A stretch of 64,000 bases of DNA from an uncultured bacterium (lineage in GTDB: Bacteria; Verrucomicrobiota; Kiritimatiellia; CAIKKV01; CAITUY01), in assembly GCA_903908715.1 (NCBI GenBank), contig CAIVSY010000115.1, positions 35-64,034 on the forward strand. Reading direction: 5' to 3'. The position numbers and the translations under genes are program-made. Position 1 is the first letter of the stretch; the number at the start of each line of letters is the position of its first letter. Positions 55,724-64,000 of this stretch are shown in pieces. The notes below the pieces were generated by a model. It made no database searches, was not told where the DNA came from, and saw only the letters and a program-made list of their open reading frames with translations.

Positions 55724-56851
55724 ATGAAAGTGGTGGTTTCATTCGATTCCTTCAAGGGGAGTCTGACAGCTTCCCGCGCCTGCCGCATTGCCGCGGATGC
55801 ACTGCGCAAGGAATGGCCTGGCTGCCGGGTTGTCACAGTCCCGATGGCGGATGGCGGCGAGGGGACGGCGGAAGCGCTGTTGAGTTCGGGACTTGGGGTC
55901 TGGCGCCCGCGGCGCGTGATGGGCCCGTTGCCGGACATGGAGGTGGACGCCGGCACGGCGTGGTTTCCCGCAGAACGGTCGGCCTTGGTGGAGATGGCGT
56001 CCGCCAGCGGGATCACCCATCTTCGTGCTGATCAGTTGAACCCGATGGCAACCACCACGTACGGGACCGGCCAGTTGATCCGGGCGGTGCTGGACGATAA
56101 GCCGGGAGTGATCCGGCTGGCTGTTGGAGGCAGTGCGACCACGGACGGCGGTGTGGGTGCGGCGATGGCATTGGGTTGGCGGTTCCTGGACGCCGGCGGG
56201 CGGGATGTCGGGTTGGGCGGTGCGGCGCTGGAGCGGATTGCGGAGATCCTGCCGCCGTTCCGCGGCTGGAGTCTTCCGCCGGTGGAAGTCCTGTGCGATG
56301 TGGATAATCCCCTGTGCGGGCCCGATGGTGCGGCGGCGGTGTACGGCCCGCAGAAGGGGGCCACGCCGGAAATGGTGGTGCGGCTGGATCAGGGTCTGGC
56401 CAGGCTGGCCGAACGGGTGAAGCAGCGGTTCGGAACGGACATGGCCGGGATTCGTGGGGCGGGGGCGGCCGGCGGATTGGCTGGCGGGGCCGTGGCTTTT
56501 TTGGGCGCGAGCCTGGTGCCCGGTATCCGGACAATCCTTTGTTCTTCCGGACTTGAGCGGGAAATCAAGGATGCCGACTGGGTGATAACCGGCGAGGGCT
56601 CCTTTGATTCCCAGTCGTTCCGCGGCAAGGTTGTCTCCGGTGTGCTGGAAGCGGCTCTGCATACAGGGGCCAAGGTGGCGGTTTTGGCCGGACGGATCAC
56701 GGTTCCCGAGGAACGGTGGCGGCAGGCTGGTGTAAGCGCGGCGCTGGCGCTGGCCGTGCCCGGGATGCCGACGGAGGAGGCGATGGGCCGTGCGGAGGAA
56801 TTGCTGCGGGAACGGGTCAGGGAACTTGCCGCCAGGATCCGGAAGGCTTAG
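55724..56851 (+). CDS. Glycerate kinase
   Basis: About 375 aa. N-terminal VVVSFDSFKGSLTA and the MADGGEGT motif of the GlxK/GarK family. Confidence 0.85.
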   Translation: MKVVVSFDSFKGSLTASRACRIAADALRKEWPGCRVVTVPMADGGEGTAEALLSSGLGVWRPRRVMGPLPDMEVDAGTAWFPAERSALVEMASASGITHLRADQLNPMATTTYGTGQLIRAVLDDKPGVIRLAVGGSATTDGGVGAAMALGWRFLDAGGRDVGLGGAALERIAEILPPFRGWSLPPVEVLCDVDNPLCGPDGAAAVYGPQKGATPEMVVRLDQGLARLAERVKQRFGTDMAGIRGAGAAGGLAGGAVAFLGASLVPGIRTILCSSGLEREIKDADWVITGEGSFDSQSFRGKVVSGVLEAALHTGAKVAVLAGRITVPEERWRQAGVSAALALAVPGMPTEEAMGRAEELLRERVRELAARIRKA

Positions 56852-56880
56852 CCGGAGCGATTCAGTTACCGGATGCAATT

Positions 56881-57062
56881 CCCCTCACCTCGATCCTCTC
56901 CCGCAAGGGGAGAGGAAATGGCAACGACTCCCTTTAAGCCGTCACCAGAAGGTGATACCGCTGGAGTCTCGCAACGATTCGGAATTCCTTCTCTCTTTAC
57001 GGGGGATGACAAGATCCATCCCTGCCTCTCCCTTGACGGGTCAGGGTTGGGGTGAGGGTGTT
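56881..57062. repeat. Composite roughly 180-bp palindromic element. It has two inverted REP-like units (cccctcacc-tcgat-cctctcccgcaaggggagagg at the left; cctctccc...gggtcagg-gttgg-ggtgaggg at the right) flanking an approximately 110-bp core. MITE/BIME-like, non-coding.
   Basis: Read directly. The terminal 8-9 nt are exact inverted repeats (ccctcacc/ggtgaggg). The same unit recurs at 48868 and 63875. Confidence 0.6.
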
Positions 57063-57116
57063 TCGAACTGAGTCTTTCCGGCTTAGGCACGGATTTGCGC
57101 GGGCAGGCTTCTGGCA

Positions 57117-57989
57117 TTATAGCCAGCGCGGCAGGATGCCCGGCGAGGCGGCGTCCAGTTGACCGGAGGCGAGGATCTGGTCGAGCGTTGCAAGAAGCGC
57201 CGGCTTGTCGCGGGGCAGTCGTGCTTCCAGCGGGATCACATTGGACGTGTGGTTTGCGCGGAAGACGGTATTCGTCAATTCCAGGTGCTGGACCAGGGTG
57301 CGGAGTTCCTGTACCACGCCTGCCTCGCTGATCGGGGTAAACCGGCCTGCTGCCACATCCGTGTGCAGTTCGGTGCCCGGCACGGGGACGACCCGCAAAG
57401 CGGAAAGGAGCCGGGGTTGCATCCGGTTCAAGGCGGCAGCCGTGGCCCCGGCATGTTGGCGGGAACCGGCGGGGCCCCCGAGTCCGAGCAGGATCATCAC
57501 GGAAACGCGGAGCCCGGCGGTCTGGGCACGGCGGCCGGCTTCGATCATGTTGGCGGCCGTTTCCGCTTTGCGGACCCTGCGGAGGGTTTCTTCATCACCG
57601 CTTTCGAGCCCCAGGTATAGGGTGTGGAGTTTCCGGGCACGCAGGGTCAGCAATTGTTCCGGGGTCTTATCCAGAATGGAGAGGCCGGTGGCGTAGGTGT
57701 TCACCCGGGCGAGATCCGGGAAACGGGTGGCTAGGAGGTCCAGGATTTCCAGCAGATCCTTGCAGGGGCGGCGCATCACATCGCCGTCCGCGAGGAAGAT
57801 CCGGCGGGCGTCCGGTTCCTGGCGTGCTTCCGCCATAATCAGGCGGGCGACTTCCTCCAGGGGGCGTTGCCGGTACGAAAGGCCGCGGTACATACCGCAG
57901 AAGGTGCAACGGTTATAGGGACAGCCGATGTCCGTCTGCAGGATCAGACTTCCGGCTTCGGCGGGCGGCCTGAAAAGGGGGTGGTTCAT
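57117..57989 (-). CDS. Radical SAM domain protein (CxxxCxxC = CPYNRCTFC); specific function unknown
   Basis: 290 aa. Cluster motif near the N-terminus, and a GLESGDEETL-type sIGvQS-like segment. Confidence 0.7.
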   Translation of the reverse strand: MNHPLFRPPAEAGSLILQTDIGCPYNRCTFCGMYRGLSYRQRPLEEVARLIMAEARQEPDARRIFLADGDVMRRPCKDLLEILDLLATRFPDLARVNTYATGLSILDKTPEQLLTLRARKLHTLYLGLESGDEETLRRVRKAETAANMIEAGRRAQTAGLRVSVMILLGLGGPAGSRQHAGATAAALNRMQPRLLSALRVVPVPGTELHTDVAAGRFTPISEAGVVQELRTLVQHLELTNTVFRANHTSNVIPLEARLPRDKPALLATLDQILASGQLDAASPGILPRWL

Positions 57990-58001
57990 GCGGGTGTGCG
58001 G

Positions 58002-58283
58002 CTAGAGCATTTCCGTCTCGATCGTGACGAGGTGATAGCGCGGATCCGAATGGAGGAAGTCGCTGATTTCCGAGATGCGTTTCTGGACGGTTTCGCTTTC
58101 CGCGGCGACGGTTACGAAAGCCAGCTCGGCGGTTTTCCATGCGTCCTGGTGGCCTACCTCGGCGACGCTCACGTTCATCCTGCCGACGGCGCGGTCCTTC
58201 AGGCTTCTCAGGACGGAGCGCTTATCCTTCAGGGAGCGCGAATCTGGAATGGCCAGAGTGGTTTTGACGATGCCGATAATCAT
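58002..58283 (-). CDS. DUF503 (YlxP-like) family small protein
   Basis: 93 aa. MIIGIVKTTLAIPDSRSLKDKRSVLRSLKDR... matches the DUF503 pattern. 12-nt gap from the radical SAM gene. Confidence 0.65.
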   Translation of the reverse strand: MIIGIVKTTLAIPDSRSLKDKRSVLRSLKDRAVGRMNVSVAEVGHQDAWKTAELAFVTVAAESETVQKRISEISDFLHSDPRYHLVTIETEML

Positions 58284-58381
58284 GGGTCTTTCCGTGTGGG
58301 TATGAAGGTAGAATACCGGAGCGGGAATCCCTCATGCAAAGGGAATTGTTATCTGGCGCAAAATCCGTATGATGGCTTGCC

Positions 58382-59890
58382 GTGAATACATCCACTCCAA
58401 GGGTCATGATCTGTGACCTTAAGACGATGGCCGGGCAGACGGTTCAACTGCGCGGCTGGTTGCATGGCAAACGTTCGAGCGGCAAGGTGTGTTTTCTTGT
58501 CATGCGCGACGGCACGGGCATTTGCCAGTGTATTGTCGAGGCGGCCATGGCGGATGCATTTGCCGGGGCGCTGGCGCTGACGCATGAGTCCTCGTTCGAG
58601 GTGACCGGTACGGTCAGGCTGGATGAGCGGTCGCCGGGCGGCGCGGAAGTGGCGGTCAGTGGCTTGCGTTGTTTCCAGGTGGCCGATGAGTTTCCGATCA
58701 CGCGCAAGGCGCACGGGATCGATTTTCTGATGAATAACCGTCACCTGTGGTTGCGGTCGAATCGGCCGACGGCCATTCTGCGGGTGCGGCATACTGTGAT
58801 CAAGGCGATTCGGGATTTCTTTGATGGGCAGGGCTTTACGCTGGTCGACATGCCGATTCTGGTTCCCGGTGCCGGGGAAGACCGGCAGTCCCTCTTTCCG
58901 GTGGAGTATTTTGATGAGAAGGTATTCCTGACCCAGACGGGGCAGTTGTACCTTGAAGGCGCGTGCATGGCGCTGGGCAAGGTGTACTGTTTCGGCCCGA
59001 CCTTTCGGGCGGAGAAATCCAAGACGCGGCGGCATCTGACGGAATTCTGGATGGTGGAGCCCGAGGTGGCCTTTGCCGAACTGGAGGATGTGATGGCGCT
59101 GGCCGAGGACATGATCTGCGCGGTTGCGGGCGCGGTGGTTTCGGCGAATCGTGCCGAGCTGGAATTCCTGGGACGGGATGTGGAGGCGCTGGGGAAGATT
59201 GCCAAGCCGTTCCACCGGCTGACCTACAGCGAGGCTGTCGAGAGGCTCCGCGGGGAGCCGATCCGCCGGGCGCTGGAGGAGGAGTTGGAGCGCGACACGG
59301 TCCGGTTGCAGGGGCTGGTGGCGGAACTGGAGGCTTGCGAGCAGTCGCTGGCCGGCGCCAAGAAGGGTTGGCAGCAGGACAAGATCGATGCGCGCATCCG
59401 CGAGTTGCGCGAGAACGTTCAGGATCTCGAGCAGGACATTCGGGCGCGGCCGGAACACATCCGCCTGGCCCAATCCTTTACCTGGGGCAAGGATCTGGGC
59501 GGCAGTGATGAAACCATTCTTTCGCGCCAGTTTGACCGGCCGGTATTTGTGACCGAGTATCCGCGGGATGCCAAGGCGTTCTATATGAAGGTCTCGCCTC
59601 GGGATCCGAGGGTTGTGCGCAACTTCGACCTGCTGGCCCCGGAAGGGTACGGGGAGATCATCGGCGGGAGCCAGCGCGAGGAGAATATCGGGACGATCGG
59701 GGAAAGCATGCGCGCGAAAGGGTTGGATCCGGAGGATTATCCTTGGTATCTCGACCTGCGGCGCTACGGCAGTGTCCCGCATGGCGGATTCGGGCTGGGC
59801 GTGGAGCGGACCGTGGCCTGGCTATGCGGGCTCAAGCATGTCCGGGAGACCATTGCCTTTCCGCGCACGATGGGGCGCGTGTATCCGTAA
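58382..59890 (+). CDS. asnS: Asparagine--tRNA ligase (class IIb) with about 70-aa coiled-coil insertion; start may be the internal ATG at 58406
   Basis: OB-fold N-terminus (VQLRGWLHGKRSSGKVCFLVMRDG). Class II motifs FRAE, TEFWMVEPE, GGSQRE, and C-terminal GGFGLGVERTV. PFHRLTYSEA is AsnRS-like. Confidence 0.8.
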   Translation: MNTSTPRVMICDLKTMAGQTVQLRGWLHGKRSSGKVCFLVMRDGTGICQCIVEAAMADAFAGALALTHESSFEVTGTVRLDERSPGGAEVAVSGLRCFQVADEFPITRKAHGIDFLMNNRHLWLRSNRPTAILRVRHTVIKAIRDFFDGQGFTLVDMPILVPGAGEDRQSLFPVEYFDEKVFLTQTGQLYLEGACMALGKVYCFGPTFRAEKSKTRRHLTEFWMVEPEVAFAELEDVMALAEDMICAVAGAVVSANRAELEFLGRDVEALGKIAKPFHRLTYSEAVERLRGEPIRRALEEELERDTVRLQGLVAELEACEQSLAGAKKGWQQDKIDARIRELRENVQDLEQDIRARPEHIRLAQSFTWGKDLGGSDETILSRQFDRPVFVTEYPRDAKAFYMKVSPRDPRVVRNFDLLAPEGYGEIIGGSQREENIGTIGESMRAKGLDPEDYPWYLDLRRYGSVPHGGFGLGVERTVAWLCGLKHVRETIAFPRTMGRVYP

Positions 59891-59926
59891 GGCGGGCGAG
59901 GGGAGTGTGCCGGGCGGCCCCGCGGG

Positions 59927-61090
59927 CTAGCGGGGAAGCGGGCGGCGGATGTGTACGGCGACCTGGAAAAGGATCATTGCGGCCAGCAGGACGGCGCCGA
60001 TCAGGAACGGATAGACATACGACCGGCTGAAGTCCGAAAGGATGCCCGCGGATGCCGGAGCCAGGAATCCCGTCAGGCCCACGACAACCTCGTTCATGGA
60101 GACATACCGCACGCTGCGCGTCGGGTGGACGAGGGAATGGTAGACCAGGTAGAAGAAGAACGATCCGATATACGATCCTGACAGGATGGCGGAAACACAC
60201 AGGCCGCCCAGGCTGCGCGAGAAGGCGAATCCCGCGGCGCCCAGCACACCGATGATTCCGAAGAAGAGGATCCACGAGGGGCGGTACATCCAGGTGCGGC
60301 TGCGGTAAAAGGCCAGACCGGTCAGTGCCTGTGCCATTGAGATCAGGAACAGAACGAGCCCCTGTCGGCTTTCCGGCAGGCCGATCTCCTTTTCCGCCAT
60401 GGCGGGGAACAGGCTGCGGATCGTTGCGACCACGCTCAGGGAGGCGAGTGCGGTGACCCAGCCGAGCCACGCAAGGTCCGGCGCCTTTTTGGACGGGGCT
60501 TTCGCCGCCGCGTTTGTTTGTGGTGCCGGAGCGGCCGGCGGATGGCCGTTCCGGTTTATCCGCCAGATGCCTGCGCCCGATGCCAGCGCCACCAGTCCGC
60601 TGAGAAGGTAGCTGAGCTTCCAGCCCGACGGGCCGGACTCGAGGATAAAACCGGAGACGAAAGGTCCCAGCGCGAATCCGGTGCTCCAGGCAAAGGTGTA
60701 GAGGGCGGTCGAGAAGGCCAGGGATTGTTCCGCGCGGCTGCCGGTGGTCTTCATGAACACCTGGAAGGCCGGGAAAAAGCAACTGGTCGCGATGGCGTTG
60801 ACAATCGTGAGCGCCGCGATGCTGATGGCGCCTGTTGTAAAGGGAAAGACGATGGATTGGGCGACAATCAGGCCGCAGGCGGCCAGCATGAACCGGGCGG
60901 CATTGTTCTCGTTCATGAACCGCGGTACCAGCAGGCAGCAGCAGACGTACGGGAGGCTCCAGATCGACCAGATGCCCGAGATGAGCCAGTCTGCGGCGCC
61001 CATCTTCGCGAGGCGGATCCCGTTGACGAACAGCGTCTGGGCCACGACCGAATCCATCAGCGCGGGTAAGAGGTAGATCCAAAGGTTCAT
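59927..61090 (-). CDS. MFS-type transporter
   Basis: 387 aa. About 12 predicted transmembrane helices in a 6+6 layout with a central hydrophilic loop. Confidence 0.7.
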   Translation of the reverse strand: MNLWIYLLPALMDSVVAQTLFVNGIRLAKMGAADWLISGIWSIWSLPYVCCCLLVPRFMNENNAARFMLAACGLIVAQSIVFPFTTGAISIAALTIVNAIATSCFFPAFQVFMKTTGSRAEQSLAFSTALYTFAWSTGFALGPFVSGFILESGPSGWKLSYLLSGLVALASGAGIWRINRNGHPPAAPAPQTNAAAKAPSKKAPDLAWLGWVTALASLSVVATIRSLFPAMAEKEIGLPESRQGLVLFLISMAQALTGLAFYRSRTWMYRPSWILFFGIIGVLGAAGFAFSRSLGGLCVSAILSGSYIGSFFFYLVYHSLVHPTRSVRYVSMNEVVVGLTGFLAPASAGILSDFSRSYVYPFLIGAVLLAAMILFQVAVHIRRPLPR

Positions 61091-61182
61091 CGGGTTGGGC
61101 TGGGGTTGGCCGGCTCCGGTGGCCGGTCACGGGCGGGAGGTTTGCCCGGCCGACCGGTGCCGTTTGTCCTGCTGGTTCCTGT

Positions 61183-63750
61183 TCATGCCTCCAGGTTGAT
61201 GGGGCACGGTTTCAGGTGCCAGATATCCTGTGCGTATTCCTGGATGGTCCTGTCCGAGCTGAAGTAGCCCATGTTCGCGATGTTGCGGATGCACATTTCG
61301 GTCCATGTGCCCGCGTCGTGATACACCTCGTCCACCCGCTGCTGGATCTCGAGGTAGGAGGCGAAATCCGCGAGGTGCAGGTAATAGTCGCCGAATTCCA
61401 GGAGGGCTTCGCGGATCGGCCGGTACAGGCCGGGCTGTTCCAGGTTCAGGAAATCGCCGGAGAGACAGTCCAGGATATGCCGCATTTCCGGCGAGTGGTT
61501 GTAATAATCCCACGGGTTGTGGGATCCGGCGGAGCGGATCGCCTTGACCTCGTCGATGGTCTTGCCGAACGCGAAGAAGTTCTCTGCGCCGACCGCTTCG
61601 CGGATCTCGATGTTCGCCCCGTCCAGCGTACCGATGGTCAGCGCGCCGTTGAGGGAGAACTTCATGTTGCCGGTGCCGCTGGCTTCGGTGCCGGCGGTGC
61701 TGATCTGTTCACTCAGGTCACTGGCGGGTATGATGCGTTCCGCGAGGGAGACGCGGTAATCGCCCAGGAAAACGACCTTCATGCGGCCGCGGACATCGGG
61801 GTCGGCGTTGATCACGCCGGCCACATCGTTGATCAGTTTGATGATCAGCTTGGCCATGGCGTAGCCCGGCGCGGCCTTGCCGCCGAAGATGAATGTGCGC
61901 GGCGGCACATGGCTGGCGGGGTTCTCCTTGATCCGGTAATAGCGGTAAAGGACATGGAGGATGTTCAACAGCTGGCGCTTGTATTCATGGATCCGCTTGA
62001 CCTGGACATCGAACAGCGAGTGGGGGTCCACCTCGATCCCGTTTGTCACATGGATATACTCCGCCAGGCGTTTCTTGTTTTCCAGCTTGATGGCGCGGAC
62101 CTGGGCCTTGAAATCCGGATCTGCGGCGAACTTCTCCAGTTTCCTGAGCTGGTGGAGGTTCTTGATCCAGCCGTCGCCGATCCGGCGGGTGATGAGCGAG
62201 GCGAGTGACGGATTGCTTTTCAGCAGCCAGCGCCGCTGGGTGATGCCGTTGGTCTTGTTGTTGAACTTCGACGGCCAGAGTTCGTGGAAATCCTTGAACA
62301 GGGTTTCCGTCAGGAGTTCCGAGTGCAGTTTGGCCACGCCGTTCACGCTATGGCTGCCCACGACGGCCAGGTGGGCCATACGCACCTGTTTCTCGCCGCC
62401 TTCCTCGATCAGCGACATGCGGCGCAGGCGGTCGTGGTCCTCGGGGAACTTGTTCATCACCTGGCGGAGGAAGCGGCGGTTGATCTCGTAAATGATCAGC
62501 AGGTGCCGGGGCAGGAGTTCCTCGAACATGCGGACGGGCCATTTTTCCAGCGCTTCGGGCATGATGGTGTGGTTGGTATAGCCGAAGACCCGCACAGTCA
62601 GGTCCCAGGCGGGATCCCATCCGAGGCCATGCTGATCCATCAGCAGGCGCATCATTTCGGCGATGGCGATGGCGGGATGGGTGTCGTTCAACTGGATGGC
62701 CACCTTGTCGGGCAGCACATTCCAGTCCTGGTTCGAGGCTCGGAACCGGCGCAGGATATCCTGGAGGGAGCAGGACACGAAGAAGTACTGCTGCTTGAAG
62801 CGCAGTTCGCGGCCTTTCTCGATCCGGTCGTTTGGGTAGAGGATTTTGGTGATGTTCTCGCGCATGAGTTTCTGCTCATAGGCGCCGATGTAGTCCCCGT
62901 TGTTGAAGAAGGCCAGGTCGAATTCCTCGGAGGCCTTGGCGGTCCAGAGGCGGAGGTTGTTCACGGTGTTGTTGCCGTAGCCTGCGATCGGCATGTCGTA
63001 GGGCATGCCGAGGACGGTGTCGTAATGCAGCCAGCGGGTGGCGGAGCGGCCTTGTTCGTCGCGTTCCTCCTTGATCTCGCCGCCGAAATGGACGGGGAAC
63101 TGGTATTCGGGTCGCTCGATTTCCCACGGGTTTCCGTCGCGCAGCCAGTTGTCGGGTTCCTCCACCTGGTGCCCGTCGCGGATCACCTGCCGGAAGATGC
63201 CGTAATCGTAGTGGATGCCGTAGCCGTAGCCGGGCAGTTCATGGGTGGCCATGGAATCCAGGAAGCATGCGGCGAGACGGCCGAGGCCGCCGTTACCGAG
63301 CGCGGCGTCCCGCTCCAGTTCGCGCATATAGTTCCAGTCAAGGCCGAGGTCGCTCATGGCCTGGACGACGATGCGGTCGAGGCCCAGGTTGATGACGTTG
63401 TTGCCCATGGCGCGGCCCATGAGGTATTCCAGCGACAAGTAGTAGACACGCTTCACATTGCGGGCCACGTAGGTCTGGTTTGTCTGGATCCAGCGGCCCA
63501 CGAGGCGGTCGCGGATGGCCATGGCGAGGGCGTAGTAGCGGTCGTGGTCGGTGGCTGAATACTGGTCGCGGGCGAGGGTGTAGCGCAGGTGGTTCTCGAA
63601 GTTGATTTTCAGGGCGGCCACCGTATCGAGGGTGCGGAAGCTGCGCATATCGCCGCAGGGTGTGGCGGCTTTGCGGCTTTTCGCGCGGGAAGGGGGGTTG
63701 CGCGAGCCCGCCTTGGTCTTGGACGTGTTTCCGGCTTGGTTCGATTTCAT
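61183..63750 (-). CDS. glgP: Glycogen/alpha-glucan phosphorylase (start may be the internal ATG near 63648)
   Basis: 855 aa. Pyridoxal-phosphate signature EASGTGNMKFSLNGALTIGTLDGANIE and the full GT35 layout. Confidence 0.9.
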   Translation of the reverse strand: MKSNQAGNTSKTKAGSRNPPSRAKSRKAATPCGDMRSFRTLDTVAALKINFENHLRYTLARDQYSATDHDRYYALAMAIRDRLVGRWIQTNQTYVARNVKRVYYLSLEYLMGRAMGNNVINLGLDRIVVQAMSDLGLDWNYMRELERDAALGNGGLGRLAACFLDSMATHELPGYGYGIHYDYGIFRQVIRDGHQVEEPDNWLRDGNPWEIERPEYQFPVHFGGEIKEERDEQGRSATRWLHYDTVLGMPYDMPIAGYGNNTVNNLRLWTAKASEEFDLAFFNNGDYIGAYEQKLMRENITKILYPNDRIEKGRELRFKQQYFFVSCSLQDILRRFRASNQDWNVLPDKVAIQLNDTHPAIAIAEMMRLLMDQHGLGWDPAWDLTVRVFGYTNHTIMPEALEKWPVRMFEELLPRHLLIIYEINRRFLRQVMNKFPEDHDRLRRMSLIEEGGEKQVRMAHLAVVGSHSVNGVAKLHSELLTETLFKDFHELWPSKFNNKTNGITQRRWLLKSNPSLASLITRRIGDGWIKNLHQLRKLEKFAADPDFKAQVRAIKLENKKRLAEYIHVTNGIEVDPHSLFDVQVKRIHEYKRQLLNILHVLYRYYRIKENPASHVPPRTFIFGGKAAPGYAMAKLIIKLINDVAGVINADPDVRGRMKVVFLGDYRVSLAERIIPASDLSEQISTAGTEASGTGNMKFSLNGALTIGTLDGANIEIREAVGAENFFAFGKTIDEVKAIRSAGSHNPWDYYNHSPEMRHILDCLSGDFLNLEQPGLYRPIREALLEFGDYYLHLADFASYLEIQQRVDEVYHDAGTWTEMCIRNIANMGYFSSDRTIQEYAQDIWHLKPCPINLEA

Positions 63751-63869
63751 GGTGGATATCTCCGTAAGCGGTCAGATCATATCTGGATCCTGCGCGTCCC
63801 GGCGAGCAAAATCCACCCGAAGGGCGCCGCGTGAGCGCGTTGGCTGCGGTAGCGTGGAATGATTGAGTT

Positions 63870-64000
63870 CAAGACACCCTCATTCCGACCTTCTCCCGTC
63901 AAGGGAGAGGGAATCCTGTGTCGTTGCGATGCGTCCGTTTCCGCGGGGGTGGAGCACGATTTGTCATCCGTTCCCATTCAGGCATGGTTTTGCGTTTGAC
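63870..64000. repeat. Partial copy of the REP-like palindromic element family (unit caccctcattccgaccttctcccgtcaagggagaggg plus core-like sequence), upstream of glgP and running off the window end
   Basis: Shares the ccctca(c/t)...c(c/t)tctccc-loop-gggagagg unit, and the tcgttgcga and ttgtcatcc core motifs, with the element at 56881-57062. Confidence 0.5.

Noticed and set aside
56873-57055. Small ORFs (60-93 aa) inside the palindromic element at 56881-57062 and at 63777-63977
   Set aside because: Their translations (…SPLAGEDRGEG…, …SPLTGEGRNEG…) are by-products of the palindromic repeat sequence. No RBS or conservation was found beyond the repeat itself.
1-64000. CRISPR arrays, tRNA/rRNA genes, transposases, integrases, phage genes, toxin-antitoxin pairs
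   Set aside because: I looked for direct repeat-spacer periodicity, cloverleaf-like GC-rich 75-nt islands in spacers, and DDE/tyrosine-recombinase motifs. None were found. The only repeats are the non-autonomous REP-like palindromes.

Overview
This is a gene-dense, high-GC (about 65%) bacterial chromosomal window. I saw no rRNA, tRNA, CRISPR array, transposase or integrase. Antisense and overlapping ORFs in the six-frame track are abundant, but they look like GC-driven artefacts. The real genes are mostly housekeeping and cell-envelope functions.

In order along the window:
- A fabH-fabD-fabG-acpP-fabF fatty-acid synthesis operon, with an intrinsic terminator hairpin after acpP and another after fabF.
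- A four-gene cluster on the plus strand: a very large TPR lipoprotein, a signal-peptide ExbB/TolQ-type stator, an ExbD/TolR, and a 1291-aa membrane protein. That last protein has 3 N-terminal transmembrane helices, a roughly 750-aa low-complexity linker, and a C-terminal prenyltransferase/squalene-cyclase-like alpha/alpha-toroid domain with QW-type motifs.
- Two tandem uroporphyrinogen-decarboxylase-family paralogs.
- An OmpA-family protein, maf, ssb, bioB and a secreted alpha-acetolactate decarboxylase.
- An oadGAB Na+-translocating biotin decarboxylase operon.
- tatA-tatC.
- A canonical tolQ-tolR-tolA-tolB-pal operon on the minus strand. The window therefore carries two stator systems.
- A divergently transcribed TolC-like/MFP/RND efflux operon with a strong sigma70-like promoter. 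A small HExxH zincin-like gene is translationally coupled to it, and a divergent LpxC-family deacetylase follows.
- A secreted hypothetical protein, pyruvate-phosphate dikinase, transketolase, a GH35 beta-galactosidase, a Zn-alcohol dehydrogenase and murA.
- A deoxyhypusine-synthase-like protein that carries an in-frame palindromic repeat insertion.
- A 2',3'-cyclic phosphodiesterase, and a 788-aa signal-anchored protein built from about 20 tandem 32-aa repeats.
- tsf, rpsB, queC, glycerate kinase, a radical-SAM/DUF503 pair, asnS with a coiled-coil insertion, an MFS transporter and glycogen phosphorylase.

A family of REP-like palindromic repeats (unit approximately cccctcacc-N5-cctctcccgcaaggggagagg) occurs at least three times: as a composite 180-bp element, as a partial copy at the window end, and once in-frame inside a CDS.

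The most plausible candidate for an undescribed system is the TPR/ExbB/ExbD/giant-toroid-protein module at 4691-13121. I read it as a second Tol/Ton-like energy-transducing complex with an unconventional TonB/TolA substitute.
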